Shown here: piece by piece, positions 47,668-58,900 of the stretch
Layout of the letters: the number at the start of each line of letters is the position of its first letter
How positions within the stretch are numbered: the first letter of the stretch is position 1
NCBI GenBank assembly: GCA_047495785.1
Contig: JBLDXI010000016.1
Coordinates: 558,001-622,000 of the forward strand
Length of the DNA stretch: 64,000 nucleotides
Direction of reading: 5' to 3'
Source: Lepidodermella squamata
Lineage: Eukaryota; Animalia; Gastrotricha
Made by a program: the position numbers and the translations under genes
The notes under the pieces: model-generated
Told to the model about the DNA's origin: nothing
The model's database searches: none
Seen by the model: the letters and a program-made list of their open reading frames with translations, nothing else

Positions 47668-48512
47668 CAGTGGTTCTCAAACTATTTTCGCTCCCGGTCA
47701 AAAATGGCGGCCGGCTGGCGACCTTTCCGGCCGCATTGCCTCTTGAACCCTCAACCGGCCGCTGGTAATGGTAAAATAGGACCTTCCCGGCCGCACGCCT
47801 CTATAATCGAGAATTGAAGTCTTCGAGTGCGTTTTTAAGCGGGTTGTTTATTAAATAAGGGTTTGAGCAGTGGTTCTTCAATGAATATTTACGCGACCCC
47901 TGATTGGTCATTCAAATGAAGTCGCTACCCATCACTCGCAAAAAGTCGAAAAGTGAAAGATATTTTATGTAACATTTTGGCCAATTAATATTTGGCCTCC
48001 AAACTCCAAACTCTTAACCCGTGAATTACTTAACCTTTGCGAGCGAAGCGAGCTTTAGCTGACGATATTTTACCAGAATTCCTTCTGAAAATGGGCTAAA
48101 AATGCGTTAAAAGGAGATTTGAGTGTTTCTCGCCGCGAGCCGCGAGCTGGGCTTGGCCGTAAGCGATTCGTGCAGTAAACACTTCGAAGGGGAATCTAGA
48201 GCTGCGTAATTGCCTTGCAGGCTGTTCGTGAACAAGTTGGTAATTCCGTCTGGGGCTTCTCCATATATTGACAGATTTCAAAGTGAATCTTCGAGCGAAG
48301 CGAGAAACTTTTGAGAAAATTATGGCTATTTATCACTTGGATACGTCGAATTTTGCTGGAAATGTGCACAAATTATGTGAAACCCTGGATTATTTCCCTC
48401 GAAAGAGCCGTCCAGCCGCACGCAATGCAAGAGATAGGCGGACCTCTGCCGGCCGCCAAAATGGGCCTCGCCGGCCGCATGCGGCCGGAAAAACGGGGTT
48501 TGAGAACCACTG
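47668..48512. mobile_element. hAT (Charlie-like) non-autonomous element
   Basis: TIR cagtggttctcaaac; 8-bp TSD aattacac (47660-67; 48513-20); ccggccgc subterminal repeats. Confidence 0.9.
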
Positions 48513-48665
48513 AATTACACCATAAACGGGTGACAATACGAACCATCGCTTTCGATCCCCCAATCCCTGTGGTAACTGTGTCCCCTGTGTATGGTAAATG
48601 GGGTAAAATATCCTGCACCCGATTACAATGATTTTGTAGGGCCCCGCAGCGAAGAAGAAAGGAAT

Positions 48666-48893
48666 ATCATCTTAGGCCGGATTTTGCGGAGTCAAAGTCC
48701 AACTACGTGTTGCTCTGATGGTCGATATGATAGCATCAATGGGATCAATGGGGCTTGGCAGCACGCGATTCTATCAATTGATTAACATAGTATGAAAAAA
48801 AATCACACCCACCAACCCGACCAGCCCCACTATCGCGACCGACCCAGCAACAAGTAGTTGGACTTTGACACTGCATATCCAGACTAAGATGAT
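48666..48893. mobile_element. MITE with ~48-bp imperfect TIRs abutting the duplication breakpoint
   Basis: atcatcttagg.cggat..gtcaaagtccaactac.tgttgct inverted at 48846-48893. Confidence 0.7.
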
Positions 48894-48899
48894 TGTGTG

Positions 48900-50289
48900 A
48901 AATTTGTTTTGCGAATCATGAAAATGCAAAGGAAAAAGTGCATTTCATTTATCCCGAGGTTATGCATTATCTCACCGACCTCCTTCTACCACAAAACTTT
49001 AGCTAATGGGTGTAACAATGTCTCTAATTACCCTGGCGTCCAAGTAAAACAAATTGGATTTGTGATGATGACATTACGCGACATACTACTCCACTTTATT
49101 CACATATCTTCAACCGACTCTCACAGCTTCCGCAGTGAATACTGCAGAATATTGCATTATCAACAACTACTTCAAAGCTTGATGTAGTTGAACTCCTTAT
49201 ACGGCATGTAATCTTCATCTATCCAACATCCATCCGACATCTGACAATAGTCGATTTTGTCGCTTTTGGTTTGTACACGGAACGCCCTGCAAGCCTTGTT
49301 GCTGCGACACAATGCGGCACACTTGTCAACGGGTGTATTTTTATATTCAGGTCCCACACGGTCACCACCCATAACTCCACGCCCACAATACTGACGGACA
49401 TACTTGAATCCAGCAGGATCTGTAGAAAAAAAACAGAGATCAACATCGCGAAGTCAACATTAACCACCGCTGTAAACTTGCCTGCAGATGCAGCTAGCCC
49501 GATGAGCATAGCCAATAAGAAGAGAACTGACTTGAACATTGTGTATGAGACTTGACAACTGAGAATAAAACGAAGTTGGTTTTACAAATTAAAATGAACA
49601 ACTGACTAAGACGTGAAGTGGTAGCGCTGATCTGCCTGATCTGTCGCGGCATCGCAGCTGAAAGATCAACCGACTGGTAAAGAACGTGATCGTCTAGCCG
49701 GGCATCAAGGGTGCGATGACGTTCGCCAAGTTGTATTTTTGCATGCGCAGTGTCAACAATTTCGCTCTGAACTCGGTGCAAATAAAAATGAATAGCCTAC
49801 GCGGGAGCACTCATCAAGTAATGAGTCAGTTTCTTGTGTGCTATGTCAGCTAATAAATTGTCATCTCTATTAGCCCAATTTTTTTTATAATATGCGATAT
49901 TGAGAAAATTGGAAAAAGCAGCGAAATAATGAACGAAAACAAAAATAAAGTACCACCGGAAATGATGTTCAATACCTATTTTGCAGTGTATGTGTTTAAA
50001 TAGAGTTAAATGGCTTCGCTTGTTGGCTTCGGGCTTGCCGGTGCAACGGTAGTGCCGGGTCATATGCATTTCTTTTATGGACAACAATCCGGAGAAACTG
50101 CATCTGAAACGCCGAGAAGCTGAAATGTATAAAAACGTAAAGCTATTCAAATGCTAAATTACTAGGAAATTATTAAAATTTTTTGTACAATTCAGCTCCT
50201 CGGCGTTGCTCTCCATTTACGAAACCTATAAATTGGATAATCGTCGGGAAATGAAGGTTCGATATCCGAGGCGTACTTGTGCGCGAAAT
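48900..50289 (+). repeat. 1.39-kb segmental duplication, copy 2
   Basis: Identical by inspection to 38156-39545. Confidence 0.93.
49172..49539 (-). CDS. Small secreted PAN/apple-domain-like protein (PAN3, identical to PAN2)
   Basis: Exons 49539-49482 and 49419-49172; GC-AG intron. Confidence 0.75.
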
Positions 50290-50642
50290 CAGCCACGTCG
50301 AAATTTTTAACCTTTAAAGACTTAAGCCTAGAGCGCTCACATTGAAGTAGGAAATGTCAAATTTCGGAGGGAAGTAGTTTATCGGTAAGTCGTTCCAGGT
50401 TGCGACGGTTTAGCAACGAGATATTAGCTGAATTTGTAATCATTTATGCTCACATTTGAAATGCTCAAGCGGCTTGTTAATAAATAAATATTTCATGACG
50501 CCATGAATGAGCGTAACACGCTTCAATTCAACTCGTCAAATGCACTCGTGTTCTATCTACTACAACATTGAAAAAACTTAAATAGTCACTTTTTATGTTC
50601 ACATGCCGCTGAAATGTTATAATTCTTTTTTAACATATAGTA

Positions 50643-51582
50643 ATGCGGATTTCGCATAGAATTTCATTAACGATTGTCCTATGCTTTTTGTCATCAACTT
50701 CTGGCTTGTTAATCGAGGACAAGGCGAAATTTAAAGCCCGAACTCTGCCTCTCAAAGCAAACAATGAGGAGTGCAGACCACCGAACCATTTCAAGCAAGG
50801 CGACCGAATGCCACTGAGCTTTGAACAACTTTTCAAACTTGGCAATTACGACTCGGCAATTTTCGACTCATGTGGCGAGAACTTTATCGACATGCAACAT
50901 TACTACGCCAGTTATCCGATTTACAACAATTTTGCACCCGAATGGTTCCGGGCTGTTTTCGACGCTGTTTCAGGCCTGTGGTCTCCGGTTTTCCCAGAGA
51001 GCTTACATCTGGGTATTGATAAACTGCCCAATGCAGAGGACGTGAGGGAGAAAAAGCCGTCTAAACAAGTTTCGGTTGATGCTTGCCGCAATTACCTGAA
51101 CATCTCAAATAAACTAGTGAGTTCAATTAAATTTTGAATTTTTGAAAAATAATGGGTCTATGGTTCCAGAATTTTGTAGTTCAGATATTAATGAATTTGT
51201 TTTAAAGCGATTACTTGAACATTTTTAGGGAGTATGAACCCGCAAAGTTATCTGATAGAGCCTTATCTAATCGCCTCATTGTTTACGTTATTTTCATATT
51301 TTTCAGCCTCTGGCCCATTTAGTTCGATACGTTCTTGTTTACGACGAGACGATGCCGCAGAAACAATCAAAAACCTCAATCATCAACGAGACTACTGCAG
51401 CGCCACCTGGAACCTTCAACCCTGTGTTAGCAGATCATGTCATGATCTGGAAGAAATCTCATCATAAATCTTATTTGAAAACTAAATTCAACAAATCGAC
51501 TGCCTATCCTTGGTACAGTTGTTTCTACGATACCTTTGCTCATCAAATCATTCCGTGGAGTGAGAATAAACATGTTTACTGA
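50643..51582 (+). CDS. Orphan secreted protein (~249 aa, probably 2 exons)
   Basis: Signal peptide MRISHRISLTIVLCFLSSTSG; donor CTA|gtgagt at 51116 and acceptor tttcag|CCT at 51307 join in phase 0 to the ORF ending 51582; no family recognised. Confidence 0.6.
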
Positions 51583-51614
51583 TTATTCAGGGCCAATAGG
51601 TTTTTATTTCAATC

Positions 51615-53391
51615 ATGAATGGTACGGTTGTTCAATCGGATTTGATCGGCAAAGCTCTGACAGCAACGTTCAAAGCTCGGGCGTTATTCTACGCAGTTCT
51701 GCCGCATGAGAGCTCACCTAAATCACTGGAAACCGTACCTGAAGTTATCAATTCAAGTTTCCCGTATTTCCTCGCGCTGATCCTCATCGAACTTGCGATA
51801 ATCGTGATCAAAGTGTCGAAATCCGGAAATGGACCTGGTTCGAAAAAAATCAGTGATTATTTTCAAATCAACGACGCTATCACTTCGATGGTTTCTGGAG
51901 TTTTGTCAAGATTGCCAGAGTGAGTCAAGAAGATCTCTAACGTAATGATTTTTCAATTTTCGCTTTCAAGCATGTTTATGAAATCTGCTGAAGTCGTGTG
52001 CTATGCGTGGGTTTACGATCGAATTCACATTTTCAACCTGCCGACAGACTCTGTTTGGACTTGGGCATTGACTATTGTTGGAGTCGATTTCGCGTACTAT
52101 TGGTTTCATCGTGGTTTCCATGGTAATTTTTATTCAAATTCCATTACATCCCTGAACATTCCTACTGTTCATTTAGAGATTAACTTTTTCTGGGCAATGC
52201 ATCAGCCTCACCACAGTTCCGAATACTACAACCAAACGACAGCTGCTAGGAAAGGCGTATTCCAGAAATTCGGGTCAGTGGTAAGTATGTGAATTTCAAA
52301 GCTCCGAAAGATAGGATTAAGAATTGTCGGGATTTGAAAATTTCGAAGATTTCGCTTAGAATGATACTGAGCCTGGAAAGTCTATTGGCAATTCTTTCCC
52401 CTTCCTTTCGTATTCTGCTTCGAGTCCCGAGGCGAAAATAATAGGGAAATAGCCAAATATAAGCTTATCTTCAAACCATTAACTCCCTCTAGATATTCTT
52501 CCTACCTCTGGCAATCGCAATTCCACCGCCAATGTTCGCCTTGCATCTTCAGCTGAATTTGATCTACCAATTTTGGATTCATACTGAAATGGTCGGCAAG
52601 CTGTGGTGGCCACTCGAATTTGTCCTAAACACAGCCAGTCACCACCGAGTTCATCACGGCCGCAATCCGTATTGCATCGACAAAAACTACGGCGGATTCC
52701 TCATCATTTTCGATCGCATGTTCGGTAAGTTTCAACTTCAACTGCAATATCCAAGTAAAAATCCTTGTTTATTTCAGGTACATTTGCGGCTGAGCGTGAT
52801 GATGAACCTGTGGTGTATGGTCTCGTCCACAAATTGCAGTCTTTCGACTGGCTCTTCGTCCAGCTGAATCATTTTCAACATCTATGGATGCTCTGTAAGC
52901 GCCGGAAATTCTCTCCAGCGGCTGTTTTCAAGGTTCTCGCCTACGGACCCGGGTACAACCCGAAAAAACCGAACCATCGACTGGGCGATCCTGAAGATGT
53001 TCCAAAAATCGAAGATAATCCTCAGAAGCACGACCCGCCCGTCGCCTCATGGGTTGCTTTTTACGCTCTGGTTCACCTCGCGTTTTCCAGCCTATTGACA
53101 GGGCGTGTTCTTGATATTCCGCCAGCCTCACGTCCTCTGTTTGTTTCAATCGCCGTGTCTCTAGCCTACGCTGCTGTTGCCTTTTCATTGAGTAACATGT
53201 TCAATCGGCGTGATTGGCTGTGTGCTAAATTTGAAGTGTTGCGATGTTTGATCTGTGCTTATTTGACACCTTGGATTTGTTCACTATGTAACGTGGCATC
53301 GCAAGCTTTCCCACTAGCCTTACAATCGTGTTTTCTCGTTTCGGTCGCGCCTTGGGTGCTATTTAAAACGAAACCTGAGGAGATAAAATAA
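51615..53391 (+). CDS. AGMO: Alkylglycerol monooxygenase paralogue 3 (divergent, ~468 aa, 5 exons)
   Basis: Exons 51615-51919, 51971-52122, 52177-52280, 52493-52724, 52778-53391 in frame; HRGFHE, HQPHH, HTE, HHRVHHGRNPYCIDKNYGG. Confidence 0.92.
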
Positions 53392-54577
53392 ATTCAATAA
53401 ACCTAAAACTCAATAACTTCAATAAACTATAAAAGCCATTACACTCCGGTTGCAATTTGTCCGAGAAGTTATTCATTCGTCATTTCGGCGGCTTTTTTTT
53501 ACGCGGCTACATCCGTTCGTTAGCAGACACGTCGTGAACGGTTAAAAATTAACCGGTCAGCAAACTCAATTGTTCAAAGTAGCAGGTGACAACAATATTC
53601 TTTAATGATTTCTCACACATTAAGGCTTATTCGAAATGTCAATTTTTCAATGTTCGCTCAATAGTTTAGGATGTAAGATAAAGATACTGACAACTCAGCC
53701 AATCCTCCCCATCTCGTTAATCGCTTGAAACTGAAACGCTAAATGTTTCAAGATTCAAGATTTTTGCAAAAAAAATCCAATTTTTTGTTTTTTTTTTGCA
53801 TAATGGTATTTTAACAGAGAATGTCTCACCTTTCAAGCAATCAAACGAGCTGGGGAGGATCAGGCGAGTTGCCGGCAAGCTTCCCCAAGTTTTTACGCGG
53901 TTGATTCTGAAAAATCTGGCATTGTTAACGACTAAAGCTATATTTGAAAATTGTTGGACCTGGATACCTTACAAAATTGAGTATGCTGACCTGCCACTTT
54001 TAAGCCATTCATGGCAAGACACTGAACGATGGCTCAAAAAACAGGCGAGAGTCCGCGTGAAGTTCGTGAAGAAATGGTGAATGATCAAAAAAGGTTGAGA
54101 AACGTTGTATAAAAAAGGGTCGCAAGTCACATATTTCTAATTTTATGATGGGTCATGTTCTGAAGGTGGCGTTGGTGAGTTTATTTATTCAAAATAAGGA
54201 TAAGAGATAAGACATAAGGTAATATTTTTTGAAGTAGCGGCAATCAGTGTCAAGATGCCGAAGCTCAACAAATTCAGCTCGCAACTTGAAAAAATGGAAA
54301 AAACTAGGACGGAAAATTCGTACCCGATGTAAGAGAAATATGACTGGCGATTTTACACGGTAATAAACCAATCGATCATAAATCATAGTGAAGCTCTCCA
54401 ATTTGGGCAATCACGATTAAATCACGATTGAGTCGAATCGAATTTTAATCATTGCGCTCGTTCCTGAATCCTCTTTCCTGGCATCGATTTATCGTCGGCC
54501 GACCCCGTGCACTAATCGAGGGAGCACTGCATTGCTCGATGATTCATTATGCCAAGTAATAAACCTATTAATTCATG

Positions 54578-55467
54578 GCTAAATTCCGGGCCCCCCTTAG
54601 ATACGAGCAGGCCCCAAGCAAGTTGAAATATGTAACAAAATTAAGGCCGCGCGCGCCGATGTCAAAGGGCAAATTTCGAATATTCCGGCGGTGTTTATTT
54701 CTAAATAAAATTTAAAAAATTCGCTATCGAATAAATATAGGTCCTCGACCGGGAAATTCAAAATAAACAAGTTTTATGTTCGCTCCAAATTCCGCGCTGT
54801 GGTTAGAGGCGCGCACATGTGCGCATTGAAGGTTAGAAAAACTTTTTTATTTTAAATAATTCGCGCGAGAAACCCATATTCAATCGATAGAGAATTGTCT
54901 GAATTAATTTTTAGGTATTAAAACCGACGCGATATTTAAAATTAAGCATTTAAGATCATCGCGCGCGGTAATAATTTTGTTAAAAATCAGCTTTTCGCTC
55001 GCGCGCACAAGTCGCACTTTTCTGATTCCTATTTTTTAACGAAATTATTACCGCGCGCGATGATCTTAAAAGCTTACTTTTAAATATCGCGTCGGTTTTT
55101 ATACCAAAATTATAATTCAGACAATTCTCTATCGATTGAATATGGGTTTCTCGCGCGAATTATTTAAAATAAAAAAGTTTTACGCGCACCTTAGATTTTG
55201 CGCGCCGGGTGAGAGCTCGCACACTCGCTTCTCGTATATTTAGGTGCGCGTAAAACTTTTTTCCTTTAATTCTATAACGTGAGAAACTATATCTATTCGA
55301 TGATTTTTATTTTGGTATAAAAACCGCCAACAACTTTCATCAGCGAGCGCGGCCCCGAAATTAATAAAAATTTCAACTTAGCGCGCACGCACAAGTCCAC
55401 TTGTACCTCTGATTGCGCAACCATAGCTTGGGGCCTGCTCGTATCTAAGGGGGCCCCGGAATTGAGC
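54578..55467. mobile_element. Mutator(MULE)-like MITE with an internal ~140-bp inverted repeat
   Basis: ~42-bp TIR gct.aattccggg..cccccttagatacgagcaggccccaagc; 9-bp TSD taattcatg; inner IR ~54838-54980 / 55043-55181. Confidence 0.87.
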
Positions 55468-55660
55468 TAATTCATGGGCATGCGACATTTCAGCAGAAGA
55501 CAAAACCGCAGGCAACTTTTTGTTGAAGGTTGAAGTAATAATTTCAACAAAAATAAAGAAATGGCCTGTTTATGGCTTGTTTTGTTAACAATTTCATCTC
55601 TGTTGGAGATAAAGAAACACACCCACCGCAAAGCTTTTACTTGAATTTGAATTTGTCAAG

Positions 55661-55776
55661 CTATATCGTCGTATACATCGCCGAACACAATACAACTGCC
55701 TCTGATGGCGAATTTGTAGTAAAAGTTCCATCATGGATGTTCCACAATTCATTCAATGAAAGAACGCATGCAAACG
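55661..55776 (+). pseudogene. Isolated inverted paralogue of serine-protease exon 8
   Basis: YIVVYIAEHNTTASDGEFVVKVPSWMFHNSFNERTHANA vs SISVSIAEHDTTASDGEFAVQAASWKYHASYNNVTLVND (57963-57824, minus); preceded by an AG acceptor. Confidence 0.75.
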
Positions 55777-55942
55777 CAGCAACAATGGCCGTCCAAATAA
55801 TAAGCCACATCCTTTTAATCTCGTTTTGTTGAAAAATACACTAGGCCAGATTGGAAACATTCGAACTTATGATGTAAGAAAAGTGTGAAGAACGATTTTG
55901 CACTGTGATACAAAAAGTTATCATAGTTAGCCAACGAACAAG

Positions 55943-58900
55943 TTAAACTGCATTGGTGGCAATCCAATTGACGTACGATGCCACACGGGTCTGAACGCCG
56001 TAGGTGGAACTGCAGATCTTGTGTCCGAACGATGTGATGCCACACAGCTTGTAATAGCCCTGCGAGTAGGACATGACAGGGCCACCAGAATCGCCTTGGC
56101 ACATTGATGCACCCCCGTCTACGTAACCTTTTAAAAATAATCAGATTAACAAAGTCTGATTTCACAGAAACAATCGCCATGCCTGTGCACATCATCGAGT
56201 CGGCTATCATGGTACCCCATGAAGTTTGGCAAGCCGATTTGCTAACAATCGGCGTTGTGATGTATCTCAGCACATCGGATATGGCTCCACCGGAATTAGT
56301 TAGACCCCATCCTGATATATCAAGTCAACAAGTAATCAAGACAAACCAAATAAATTGACACTTACCAGCAGTCACGGCTGTCGTTCCAACGCTGCAATCG
56401 TCGGAAGCTGATGTTGGGAGGCAGATTTTCTGAACAGCCCAGTTGGTGAAGTTCAGCGCAGCTAGAAAAACGGTTGTTTATATATCACCGTATGAGTATG
56501 CCGAATTAATATCCTGCGTATCTTATTGTTTTAAAGCAACCAAAAACTGGGGGCTTATTCAGGCTGGGGTCCAAAAACGAGTAGGGGTACTATTTATTGC
56601 AGTGTAAGTTTGAATGTGCGTAGCACAAATTGGTCATCAAGAATATCGTACAATATTCTTGAATAAGAATCCTACAAAAATAAGAATGCAATTGTATTAG
56701 GCTTGCGTTCTTGCTGTTTTAAACGACCTTGAAACTGGGGGCTTAAACCGGCTGGGGCCTTAACCCTCTAAGGCAGGCAGCTACCTAGTTTATACTACTT
56801 GAGTATACTCCAATCTCAAATGAAGGAATTTTGTATCTTGAGATTGATGAGCAGCCATCAGACCAAACTTGGCATGAATGGTCTCTTCATCCATGTGAGA
56901 CATTATACCAATGAACTGGCCGTATTACGCAATCCTCTGTTGCTTAACACCTGTTCAAATCTAATAATTGCCCATTTCGATCACAAGTGCCATTTTTTAT
57001 CAAAAAACAAGCAAAAAACCTATTTTTCGGCCGATTTATGAGGGACAATCAATAGAAACCTGTATTGGCACTACTTCGAACATTTTAAACCAAACTGGGT
57101 GGATTTTGCTGGCACCCATCGAGTCAAATGGCTTAAATTCCTGATTGAGTATACACATAAAGCATCCGACCACGTGATTTGCGCGCTCACCTGTGTTACG
57201 TAATTAACGCGGCGAGTATGCGGTTTTCGGAATTAGGGGGCCCAGGAGGCTATCTAAAACTCTGCCAAACCGTTAGTCCGGTAAAATTCGGAAATTATGA
57301 GAAATTAAGGTGAGAAGCCGTAGTTTGAGTATACACGTTCCCGGCCTTAGAGCGTTAAATTGAGCATGGGATCGCTAGCGTTTCGGTATGACTCTCCATC
57401 TCGCCATTGTTCTAAATAGTTTACCGTAAACGACACTACACTGCGACACTGAAGCATAAAATACTCGCGTGCGGTAAAATTAATTTCACTGCGGTAAGTT
57501 CAACTCATATTATGGAGGAATAGAAATGGAGCTGGAACTGCGCCCAGGTTATATCTGATGGTGCGCGTGCGCAGACGCTCGCGTACTTACAATAGAGCGT
57601 GTTGCACAACCGCTGTAGTGCATTGCTGCAAGCCGCAAGCCGCAAATGATTCAGCGGTAAAACTAACGCCGCGTGCGGTAAAAATTAAAATACGCGGCGG
57701 CGTTAGTTTTACCGAACGAGCATTATGATTATGGTAAGCTAGTCAAATAGATAGTTATACCGAAACGCTAGCGGGATACTAATTCGGCAATTTGAAGGTC
57801 AAACAGATTATTGCAGAACGTACATGACAATTTGACTAAGCCAATATCGTTCACCAGCGTGACATTATTGTATGAAGCATGGTACTTCCAGGATGCAGCT
57901 TGCACTGCGAATTCGCCATCGGAGGCAGTTGTGTCGTGTTCGGCGATGGACACGGAAATGGACCTTGTAGAAAATAAAAGCTATTAAAGTTCTTAGGGGA
58001 TTTTCTAATATGAATTACTGGATCGAACCGAAGACGCAGTGTGCTGCGGTTAGCACATATCTAAGCAAAAGAACGAATATTATCGAGACGACAAATAATG
58101 AAACAGGGAAGTTGCTTGCCTTTCGTTTATGATACTGCCGGTGCAATAGCTCGTACCAGCGGGCAAAACAATGCTCAGACGCACAGCCCTGTTGCATCAC
58201 ATGAACTTCAGCAAACACACACTTTTTAATAGCAGTCATACCATGGGAATTGATTTTGAAGAGCGACCGAACCTCCGACAATTCCGGAACCAGGGGCATC
58301 TCGACTGTTGTAGTACTTCGAATGGCCGCAAGTTTTGGAAACGGTTGTTGGTGGGGGCGTCGAAGGTACCAGCTGATCCATGACGGTTTTTATCCAAGGC
58401 AAAGCCATGCAAGTCCTCGAACTGTTCAAAAATTTAAACAATTTTTCATGATTTTTTAATAATTATTCTTGCAGCAATTCATGCAATTCTTTGGATCGAA
58501 ACCTGAGAAAATTCTACTTCCCCCAATTGCTAAGCGTCCCTGGGTTCCCTGAGTAACTTACTAGACTGAGTTGAGAATGTTCTGCCCAGAGGCCATTCCG
58601 TCAGAAAACGAGCCGCACAATGAGAATCTAGTTCCGTTGAAGGCCACAAGCCCAGCGCCTTGGTCGAAGCTCCACGGGCTGGTGTTCGACCCAGATACGC
58701 CAGCGCACAGCTTGCGATCAGTAATCGGTCTCGCCGTCGATTGGTACTGAACCTGGCAGGCTGCTCGATTCGTCGTCGTCAATGCTGTCTCCTGAAGGTA
58801 AGCTGATGTGCTGGTTGACGAAAGCGATGTGTAACCCCATCCTGATACGAGACGAATGGTGAACAAGTGAAATTTCGTAGAGGCAACCTACCCGCAATGT

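Noticed and set aside
38156-50289. 1.39-kb direct repeats as LTRs of one retroelement
   Set aside because: No TG..CA ends, PBS/PPT, TSD or gag-pol between them; the repeats contain a host gene.
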